Shown: one piece after another, positions 54,918-64,000 of the stretch | How the letters are laid out: every line of letters begins with the position of its first letter | Numbering within the stretch: position 1 is the stretch's first letter | From: the human T2T-CHM13v2.0 reference genome, Homo sapiens | Assembly (NCBI RefSeq): GCF_009914755.1 | Contig: NC_060929.1 | Direction: 5' to 3' (one strand) | DNA: 64,000 nt | The notes under the pieces: generated by a model | What the model was told of the DNA's origin: nothing | The model's input: the letters and a program-made list of their open reading frames with translations, nothing else | Databases searched by the model: none | Position numbers and translations under genes: made by a program

Positions 54918-55902
54918 ATGGTTATTTCTTCATTTTGCCTGGTAGTTCTTTATTTCTCAAATGGTAGAACTCTTAGCATTCCTTTAAGCCTTTGCAGTAT
55001 GATTTCTGCCTCTATCAATTCTGATTGCTATAATTGAGTTCCTAAAAAGTCAACATGTGACCAAGCTTCTTGGCTGTGATTATTGTCTTTCTTAGCATTT
55101 AAATACAAGATGATCAGCCACCCTAATCTTCTCTCCTTTTCAAATATAATGGAAACACTGCTTAAATTTATTGATAGGAATTCCACATCTTGGCTAATAC
55201 ACAATTCTAAGATGACTCCTATTACCCTCAGCCCTGGTGTTACTCCACGGTTATATTACTTTACATGGAAAAAGGAATTTTTGTAGATGCAATTAAGGTT
55301 ACTAATCAGCTGACCTTAAGATAAGATTATCAGGGTGGGTCTAATCTAATCACATGAGTCCTATAAAACCTATAAAAGCAGAGTGCTTTCTTTAGCTAGA
55401 AGCAAAAAAGGAAGTCAGAGAGATGAAGTGTGAGAGGGGAGGTCTTCCACGGCTGAGATGAAGATGACCAATGGGATAAGAATCCAAGAGTGGCCTCTAG
55501 AAGGTCACAGGGGGCTACAGCCAACAGCTAGCAAAAGAAGAGGGATTTCTATCCTATAATTGCAAGAAACTGAATTCTTCCAACAGTGGCAGTAATGATC
55601 TTGAGAGATGACCTTGATTCCAGATAAGATCACAGCTGGTTAGCACCTTAATTTCAGCCTTGAGTTTGAGACTCTGAGCACATAAACCAGCCCTGTTATC
55701 CTGAATTTCTGACCTAAAGAGCTGCGACATTAAAAAAAAAAAAGGATATTGTTTTAAGTTGCTAAGTGTATGGAAATTTGTTACTCAACAATAAAAAAAG
55801 ACTATAGCCAAAACATCTGGATAATTTATTGCTGCATCCTTCATATCTTAGATAAGAAGACGGTGTCTCATAACTCTGAAACATAAATTTCTCAATTTTT
55901 CT
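54918..55902 (-). pseudogene. Fossil exon D, split by an LTR (outer ends approximate)
   Basis: With 55191-55813 and one TSD copy removed, it reads KLRNLCFRVMRHRLLI*DMKDAAINYPD/VEFLSINLSSVSIIFEKERRLGWLIILYLNAKKDNNHSQEAWSHVDFLGTQL*QSELIEAEIILQRLKGMLRVLPFEK*RTTRQNEEIT. Confidence 0.65.
55191..55813 (+). mobile_element. MaLR solo LTR (MLT1E-like)
   Basis: acacaattctaagatgactcc...gcaattaaggttactaatcagctgacc...gttttaagttgctaagtgtatggaaatttgttac; TSD CATCT at 55186-55190 and 55814-55818. Confidence 0.88.
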
Positions 55903-56026
55903 TTAAAATAAAGGTTTGCTCAAGTGTAAATTAGAAAACATATGCTTTATTAAAAGAACATTCTCTTTCAAAAATAAATACACGACTATATTATTCATGG
56001 ATTCTTTATGGCATTACAAACCAATG

Positions 56027-56374
<348 letters not shown>

Positions 56375-57059
56375 TTAACATTAAAGTAATGTTTGTTGGA
56401 TTCTATAAAATAACAGTTGGCCTCTGAAGTATTTAATGAAATGAGGTTTCTATACATCAAACATTTAAATGAAAGTCAACAAGAGAATTAGATGGTTTAA
56501 ACACAATGGTTATATGGAACCATGGTAATGGTCATTTCATAAAGTTTATGTGTATATCAAAACATCAAGTTGTTCACTGAAAATATATACAATTTCAATT
56601 TGTCAGTTATATCCCAATAAAGCTGAAAGTACTATTGAATTCTTAAAAAATATGTTGAACCATGCATTTCTTTATTCAAGGGTGACTGCTTTACAGAACA
56701 AATGAGTGACTTAATTTCTTAATTTGGAAATTCTATTATGTAATTTTAGTTAAGCTAACTGCAAGTTTGCAGTTTACAAAAATGGAAAGCTTTTTTATAA
56801 CAGTGAGATCCCATCTCTACAAATTTGTTTTTTAAATGCTAAACTAAAATAGAAGACATTAATATTTTAATAGTGAAAGGATGAGCATTAGTTTAACTTT
56901 CAGTGGTAAAAAAATCATATTAACATCCAAATCATGTAACAAGTTATTTGCAGTATGAGAATAGAGTCAATATTTTGATTAAATAAATTAAGGTAATAAC
57001 TTTAATGAACGCTGAGCTAAAATACTAAAATGCATTGATGAATAGAGGCATGTCTAGAC

Positions 57060-57552
57060 CTTGCAAATATATATGCTTCTATTGCTTCCTATGCCTCAAA
57101 CATAAATAAGATCTTTAATTTCTGTCTTTATTATGTCTGATAAATATGCTCCTACTTTGCCTTTGTTGGCTCTATAATCCTCCAATTATAATGCTTCTGT
57201 TGTTTGTCTTATTCTTCAAAATAGCCCAAAAGACCTATCAGGAAGCTTTGGATTTTGTACACATTTAATTTTTCATACTTCCCCTATTCACTTCCTAATG
57301 AAGGGTCTACTCTACAACCACATTCAGGCAATAAGAATTAGTTAGGTACCAACTTAGAGTCTAGTCCTTCCAGTAGCATTTTTAGTTCTTCAGGTAATTG
57401 TGACTTGACTCACTTAAGGTCATCAATTACCATTCCTCAAATTTAACTGGATGGTGATAAGTTTGAAGGTGTGAATGGTATTCCAATAGAGAATACCCTG
57501 TGACCATGTATTCTTTTCAGAAAAGTCACAAAGCAGGTGGGATATTTTGTCA
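57060..57552 (-). pseudogene. Fossil exon C (3' end uncertain)
   Basis: ttttaatctttgaacag| phase 1: (M)TKYPTCFVTFLKRIHGHRVFSIGIPFTPSNLSPSS*I*GMVIDDLK*VKSQLPEELKMLLEGLDSKLVPN*FLLPECGCRVDPSLGSE*GKYEKLNVYKIQSFLIGLLGYFEE, then after an inferred frameshift IRQTTEAL*LEDYRANKGKVGAYLSDIIKTEIKDL. Confidence 0.6.
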
Positions 57553-58265
57553 CTGTTCAAAGATTAAAATGATAGTAATAGAGGTTATTTAAAAATGTTC
57601 CAAATTCTAGGGTTTTATCTTACTATTCTTTTTCCAAAACTGGAGCATATTCTAAGTTCATTGCCACATGTATTTCATATTTTATTCTTACCTAGCACTG
57701 AATTTTATATAAGCAATATGCTTTCTATCACTTTCTAACTGCATTATGTATTATCCCTTCACCCCACCCCAAAGCCTTTTGTTAAGCCAGTGATATCAAT
57801 GAATGCCTCCTTTAGGGGTGTGGTTCAGGATTCAGTAACACATTGGAGTATGTGCTATACTTCAAGGCACATTGGAGTATGTTCCTTGAAGCATCAGATT
57901 TTTATGTGAAGCCAAAATAGTTTTATAAAATATAGATTGTTATTCATAGCAATGGTTTTTACTGCCAACAATGAGAGATGTTTGCTAGCCTTTGGTTACT
58001 TCCTGAGCATAAAATCACCCCAGCACTGCTTATCCCTAAGGCAGAGGCTGAACAAGGATGGTGAGAATCTATATACTTTCCAGGGTTGAGGGAAGAAATG
58101 AGCCCACACGTGACACCTGCTGACTCCTTGTACCTGCACCCATATTTTATCCTCAAGTAAGGGATATCTCAGTTCATTGTCCTTAAAGACATGTTTCTCA
58201 AAGAGTCATTCTTAAAGTTGTGTAAAACAGAATCTGTACATTAATTATCTATGCCTACTGCTTAC

Positions 58266-58437
58266 TTATCTGAATAGCAAAGACAACAACAATTAAAATA
58301 AAAAATTGCTGCCACAGAATTCACTATAAATGTTAATGGGACTCTCAAGACAACCCCTTTACAGCTTTTCAAAACTTCAAGGGGTATTTTTAACTTAATA
58401 ATGGAAGAAGAAAATGCTTGCAATACACCCAATACAC
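58266..58437 (-). pseudogene. Fossil exon B (candidate transmembrane helix)
   Basis: ttcttctttatggtaccag|(G)VLGVLQAFSSSIIKLKIPLEVLKSCKGVVLRVPLTFIVNSVAAIF, then a 1-nt slip in the T6 run at 58300-58305 gives ILIVVVFAIQI|gtaagc. Confidence 0.6.
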
Positions 58438-58589
58438 CTGGTACCATAAAGAAGAACAAATCAACTGGGAGCTGTGTGGTGTCATGAGAGGGCAGCAATG
58501 CAGGGCAGTGTTGTGGAATTTGGCAGGCAGCACCGGGTCTGAACTGAATTATCACTATTATATCCTCATCTATGCTTCTATGTCTAGAA

Positions 58590-58745
58590 ATGTCCCATAG
58601 AACTTCCTGCAGTAGCAGAAATGTTCTATATCTGTGCTGTCCAATATAATAGCCACTAATGGATATTTAAATTTAGATTTATTAAAATAAAATTGAAAAT
58701 TTAGTTTCTTTCACATATGGCTAGTGAATACCAATTTGGATAGAG
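58590..58745. mobile_element. MER3/MER33-type DNA transposon
   Basis: tgtcccatagaacttcctgcagtagcagaaatgttctatatctgtgctgtccaatataatagccac...ggctagtgaataccaatttgga. Confidence 0.75.
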
Positions 58746-59026
58746 AATGAGATTCTTTTTTAGATACTTATACCACCTATTACTTATTGAGCCCTAACCT
58801 CAAGCCAGAGGTTAAGGATCTATTTTGTACCAGGCACTGTTCTCCAAGCCCAGAATAGAACAACCTCCAAGACAAGTAGGGCCCTGGCACCATGGACTTC
58901 AGACTAGTGTGGGGGATAGAAAAAGAATAAGAAAATAAATGATTCTATGATTTACTTTGGCATATTATATAGGGCAAGGGACTGTGTGTGCTAGGAAAGG
59001 GTAAGACTGTTCTTAGAAAAGGTAGT

Positions 59027-59398
59027 TGTATTAGTCCGTTCTCATCCCACTAATAAAGACATACCTGACACTGGGTGATTTATAATGGAAAGAGGTTTAA
59101 TTGACTCACAGTTCAGCATGGCTGGGGAAGCCTCAGGAAACTTACAACCATGGTGGAAGGGGAAGCTAACATGTCCTTCTTCACATAGCAGCAGCAAGGA
59201 GAAGTGCCAAACAAAAAAGGGAAAGCCCCTTAAAAAACCATCAGATCTCATGAGAACTCACTCACTATCATGAGAACAGCATGAGTGTAACTGCCACCAT
59301 GATTCAATTACCTCCCACTTGGTCCCTCCCACTACACGTGCGGATTATGGGAACTACAATTCAGGATATTTTGGTGGGGACACAGCCAAACTACATCA
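59027..59398 (-). mobile_element. THE1 solo LTR
   Basis: tgtattagtccgttctcatcccactaataaagacatacctgacactggg...gggacacagccaaactacatca; TSD gtagt / gtggt. Confidence 0.92.
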
Positions 59399-59440
59399 GT
59401 GGTCAAGCATGGTCTGTCTGAGAAAGTGACTTCTGAGTGT

Positions 59441-59926
59441 TGTTATGGGTTGTACTGTGTCCCCCTATCAAAATTAATGTTGAAGCCTAACCTCTCAGTA
59501 CCCTAGAATGGGACCCTATTGGAAATAGGGTTTTTGCAGATGTTATTAGTTAAGATGAGGTCATATAGGAGTAAGATGCACCCTACTTCAATGTGACTGG
59601 TGTCCTTGTAATAAAAGGGAAATTTGGACACAGAGACATGTACAGAGAGAAGACAAAGAGAAATTTGGACACAGAGACATGAAGGGAAATGTGGACACAG
59701 AGACATGTACAGAGAGAAGACGAAGAGAAAATACAGAGAGAAGGCCATCTACAAGCTAAGAAAAGGACCTGAAACAGATCCTTCCTCACAGCCCTCGGAA
59801 AGAACCAACCCTGCCAACACCTTGATCTCAGACTCCTAGCCTCCAGAACGGTGAGATAATAAATTTCTGTTGCTTAAGGCACCAAGCTTGTGGTATTTTC
59901 TATAGCAGCCCTAGCCGACTAATACA
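59441..59926 (+). mobile_element. MaLR LTR (MLT1A/B-like) with an internal tandem amplification
   Basis: tgttatgggttgtactgtgtcccc...gcagccctagccgactaataca; TSD agtgt / agtgg. Confidence 0.88.
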
Positions 59927-60658
59927 AGTGGCAACTTGATGAGGAAGCCATGCAAATTGCGCATGTCATTTAATCCTCACAGCTACCCTATGTGTTAGGC
60001 ATTGGTGTGTCCATTTATCAGATGAGAATTTCAAGTTCAAAACTATGAAAATAATTTGCCTGAGGAAATATTGCTCTTATGTGGCAGACTCAAGACAGAA
60101 GTCTGAGTTAGCATGATCCCTGGGTCTCAGTGTTTCTTATTATACTCTTTTACTACCTTGACTTATCTAAATACACTCACATCTGATTCAATGACAATGA
60201 AACAATTAATTTTACAAGTAAATAGATTAGTTTATATGGTTATGTCTATACCGTAGTTTCAGTTAAAATAAAATTTTAAAGTCTAGCAAAGGTGTCTTAT
60301 TTGGCTTTTCCTTCAAAACTAACTCCGTATTTGATTGTTGAATCTATCTGTGAATATTAGCCTTTGAAGTATGGAGATACATACACTTTTATGCATATGC
60401 ACACATACGCACATACGTCTATATATAATTTTAGTCTATTTTATAGCTTACATTTTAGATTAATTTAAGCATTGTGATGTAAAGTCTACAGTACTCTTTT
60501 CTCAGCCTTTTCCCCACTACCTTCCCTTGTATTTTACGTGTCCAGCCTGACACTCATATTATCTTGCTTCAGGATACATCTATTTCTTAAAGTCATTTTT
60601 CTATGAGGACAATCACAATCCCCTTATAATGAATACAAGCATGTTTATAGACCCTCAC

Positions 60659-60798
60659 CTTCATCAAAGAGGCTTCAATGTTCTCTTAAGAGTGTATGAA
60701 GCTGGAAATATATTCTGAAAATATAAGCTCAACACCTGCCTTCCTGAAAATATGGGTGGTGGAAAGCCCTTGTGAGTGGATAGCCCATGATTTGTTTG
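60659..60798 (-). pseudogene. Fossil exon A (alternative acceptor at 60743)
   Basis: KQIMGYPLTRAFHHPYFQEGRC*AYIFRIYFQLHTLLREH*SLFDE(G)|gtgagg; strong donor; phase-1 end joins exon B; both stops are TGA. Confidence 0.55.
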
Positions 60799-61675
60799 CT
60801 CAATTAGTGAAAAGAAACACTTCAATTGGCAAAAATGTTTGCCCAAATGAGAATGGCTTTATAGAAATGTTCTAAATATGGCCTGACTCTAATCAAGCAA
60901 TGCCATCTGCTTGATGAGTGACAAGGTCACAACTTCTATAATAGAAGCAGTCTCCAGTGCCAGAAATGAATATACAGAAGTCCAACTGCTGCCTACACTA
61001 AACATGGCTACCTATGTTGTAGGAGGCCTGCACGTGTCTGTTAGCTTCAGGTATGATCTTACCAAGAGGCACTTTCATTGGTCTTGATCCTGCTAATTAT
61101 GAGGTGTAGACCCTTGGCTGAGTCACTTAATATTCCTGACGCTCGGTTTTTTTTCCCTAGAAAATGTAGCTAACAATTTCTATGTCTCATATTTGTGGAA
61201 GGGATAAAATGAGGTCATACTCTTGAAGACATCTTGTGAAATGCAAAGTAAAATGTAAGCAAAAGGCACAATTTTTCCACCTGTAAGGAATGGCTCCTAG
61301 AATAAAAAATTACTTTGAAGTACTTTTTGAGTACTTATTTTGTACCAAGCACATGGCCAATAACTTTATTTGCATTATGTCATTTTATCTCATAATGACA
61401 CTATCAATTATGTATTATTACAACTGCCATCTTCCAGAAGAGGCAACTAGTAGTGCTTAAATGGTTTAGGTGAGTTGCCCAAAGTTCCCCAGCTAGTAAG
61501 TGCCAGAGAGTAGATTTGAACCCACCTGTGTTCTTAACTATTTCTTCTCTTATCCCTTATGCCCCTGCCAACAATTAAAAAAGAGCAACTATTCTTAAAA
61601 CTATATTACTGAGATAATTTACTTGCTTTTGTTTGTGGAGACAAAAATTTTAAGATCATTATTTTTCAATTGTAA

Positions 61676-64000
61676 GAGAATAAAGATGGCCAAATAGAAA
61701 CAGCTCCGGCCTGCAGCTCCCAGTGAGATCAACACAGAAGGCAGGTGATTTCAGCATTTCCAACTGAGGTACCCAGCTCATCTCACTGGACCTGGTTAGA
61801 CAGTGGGTGCAGCCCACAGAGGGCAAGCAGAAGCAGGGTGGGGCGTCTCCCCACCTGGGAAGCACAAGGGGCTCGGGAACTCCCTCCTCTACCCAAGGGA
61901 AGTCATGAGGGACTGTGCCGTGAGGAACGAAGCTACCCAGCCCAGATACTATGCTTTTCCCACGGTCTTCACTAGCCACAGATCAGGAGATTCTCTTGGG
62001 TGCCTATACCACAAGGGCTCTGGGTTTCAAGCACAAAACTGGGTGGCTGTTTGGGCAGGCATTGAGCTAGCTGCAGTTTTTTTTTCATAACCCAATGGCA
62101 CCTGGAACACCAGTGAGACAGCCATTCAATCCCCTGGAAGGGGGCTGAAGCCAGGGAGCCAAGGGGTCTTGCTCAGTGAATCCCACACTGACAGAGCCCA
62201 GCAAGCTAAGATACACTGGCTTGAAATTCTTGCTGCCAGTATAGCAGCCTGAAGTCGACCTGGGATGCTCTAGCTTGGTGTGGGGAGGGGTGTCCGCCAT
62301 TACTGAGGCTTAAGTAGGTGGTTTTTCCCTCACAGTGTAAACAAAGCTGCCAGGAAGTTCAAACTGGGCAGAGCCCACCGCAGCTCCACAAAGTTGCTGT
62401 AGCCAGACTGCCTCTCTAGATTCTTCCTGTCTGAGCAGGGTATCTCTGAAAGAAAGGTAGCAGCCCCAGTCAGGGGCTTACAGATAAAACTCCCATCTCC
62501 CTGGGACAGAGCACCTGGGGGGAGGGGTGGCTTTGGGCACAGCTTCAGCAGACTTAAATGTTCCTGCCTGCCAGCTCTGAAGAGAACAGCAGATTTCCCA
62601 GCACAGCCCTTAAGCTCTGCTAAGGAACAGACTCCCTCCTCAAGTTGGCCCCTGACCCCTGTGCCTCCCGATAGGGAGATACTCCCAGCAGGGGTTGACA
62701 GACACTTCATACAGGAGAGTTCTGGCTGGCATCTGTTGGGTGCCCCTCTTGGACGAAGCTTCCAGAGGAAGGAGCAGGGAGCAATTTTTGCTGTTCTGCA
62801 GGCTCTGCTAGTGATACCCAGGCAAACAGGGTGTGGAGTGGACCTCCAGCAAACCTGCAGAAGAGGGGTCTGACTGCTAGAAGGAAAACTAACAAACAAA
62901 AAGCAATAGCATCAACATCAACAAAAAAGATGACCACACAAAAACTCCATCTAAAGGTCACCAACAGCAAAGAACAAAGGTAGATAAATCCATGAAGATG
63001 AGGAAAAACCAGTGCAAAAAGGATGGAAATTCCAAAAAACAGAATGCCTCTTCTTCTCCGAAGGATCACAACTCCTCGCCAGCAAGGGAACAAAACTGGA
63101 CAGAAAATGAGTTAGATCAATTCACAGAAATAGGCTTCAGAAGGTGGGTAATAACAAACTCCTCCAAGCTAAAAAAGTATGTTCTAACCTAATGCAAGGA
63201 AGCTAAGAACATTGATAAAAGGTTAGTGGAATAGCTAACTAGAATAACCAGTTTAGAGAAGAACATAAATAACCTGATGGAGTTGAAAAAACACAGCACG
63301 AGAACATCGTGAAGCTTACCACAGTATCAATAGCCAAACTGATCAAGTGGAAGAAAGGATATCAGAGATTGAAGATCAACTTAATGAAATAAAGCATGAA
63401 GACAAGATTAGATAAAAAAAGAATGAAAAGGAATGAAAAAAGCTTCCAAGAAATATGGGACTATGTAAAAAGCCAAACCTACATGTGATTAGTGTACCTG
63501 AAAGAGATGGGAAGAATGAAACCAAGTTGGAAAACACTTTTCAGGATATTTTCCAGGAGAACTTCCCCAACCTAGCAAGACAGGCCAACATTCAAATTCA
63601 GAAAATACAGAGAACCTCACAAAGATACTCCTTGAGAAGAGCAACCCCAAGACACATAATCGTGAGATTCATCAAGGTTGAAATGAAGGAAAACATGTGA
63701 AGGGCAGCCAGAGAGAAAGGTTGGGTTACCCACAAAGGGAAGCCCATCAGACTAACAGCTGATCTCTCTGCAGAAACCCTACAAGCCAGAAGAGAGTGGG
63801 GGCCAATATTCAACATTCTTAAAGAGAAGAATTTGCAACCCAGAATTTCATATCCAGCCAAACTAAGCTTCATAATTGAAGAAGAAACAAAATCCTTTAC
63901 AAACAAGCAAATCCTGAGGGATTTCGTCCCCACCAGGCCTGCCTTACAAGAGCTCCTGGAGGAAGCACTAAATATGGAAAGGAAAAACTGATACCAGCCA
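61676..64000 (+). mobile_element. L1PA7/PA8-like LINE-1: 5' UTR and disrupted ORF1 (from about 62998), running off the window
   Basis: Starts aagatggccaaatagaaacagctccggcctgcagctcccagtgagatcaac; ORF1 fragments MRKNQCKK...NWTENELD and LENTFQDIFQENFPNLARQANIQIQ...RRATPRHIIVRF, with stops and frameshifts. Confidence 0.95.
62085..62300 (-). CDS. L1 ORF0-like antisense ORF (71 aa); expression unknown
   Basis: MADTPPHTKLEHPRSTSGCYTGSKN...GSVSVGFTEQ aligns by eye with the L1HS ORF0 N-terminus (MAGAPPPASLPPCSLISDCCASNQRDSVGVGPSEP); Kozak context gtaATGg. Confidence 0.45.
   Translation of the reverse strand: MADTPPHTKLEHPRSTSGCYTGSKNFKPVYLSLLGSVSVGFTEQDPLAPWLQPPSRGLNGCLTGVPGAIGL

Noticed and set aside
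57959-58156. 65-aa ORF between fossil exons B and C
   Set aside because: Weak splice sites, and B joins C in phase without it; not formally excluded.
62330-63093. 189-aa and 128-aa minus-strand ORFs
   Set aside because: Antisense readings of the GC-rich L1 5' UTR and ORF1 start, common to L1PA copies.

Overview
AT-rich, repeat-rich primate (most likely human) intronic DNA. The one intact coding feature I recognise is on the minus strand at 16541-16587 and is missed by the ORF track. It encodes MMHVNNFPFRRHSWI(C), the isoform-specific N-terminal exon of PDE4D3, and is followed by a consensus gtgagt donor. This places the window inside the large 5' introns of PDE4D, with the putative PDE4D3 promoter and leader region at about 16.6-18.6 kb. 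The most striking observation is a chain of about 12 decayed exon-like segments on the minus strand between about 40 and 61 kb. They have splice signals, mostly compatible intron phases and protein-like translations broken by scattered stops and frameshifts. One is split by an MLT1E-type LTR, and removing the LTR plus one copy of its CATCT target-site duplication rejoins the reading frame. This looks like a fossil (unitary pseudogene) of an unrecognised large protein-coding gene nested in a PDE4D intron. A 5'-intact L1PA element at the right end keeps an ORF0-like antisense ORF, and its antisense promoter would point into the fossil exons. The rest is Alu, L1, L2, MIR, CR1, MaLR LTR, MER and microsatellite sequence. 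Repeat subfamily calls and many boundaries were made by eye and are approximate.
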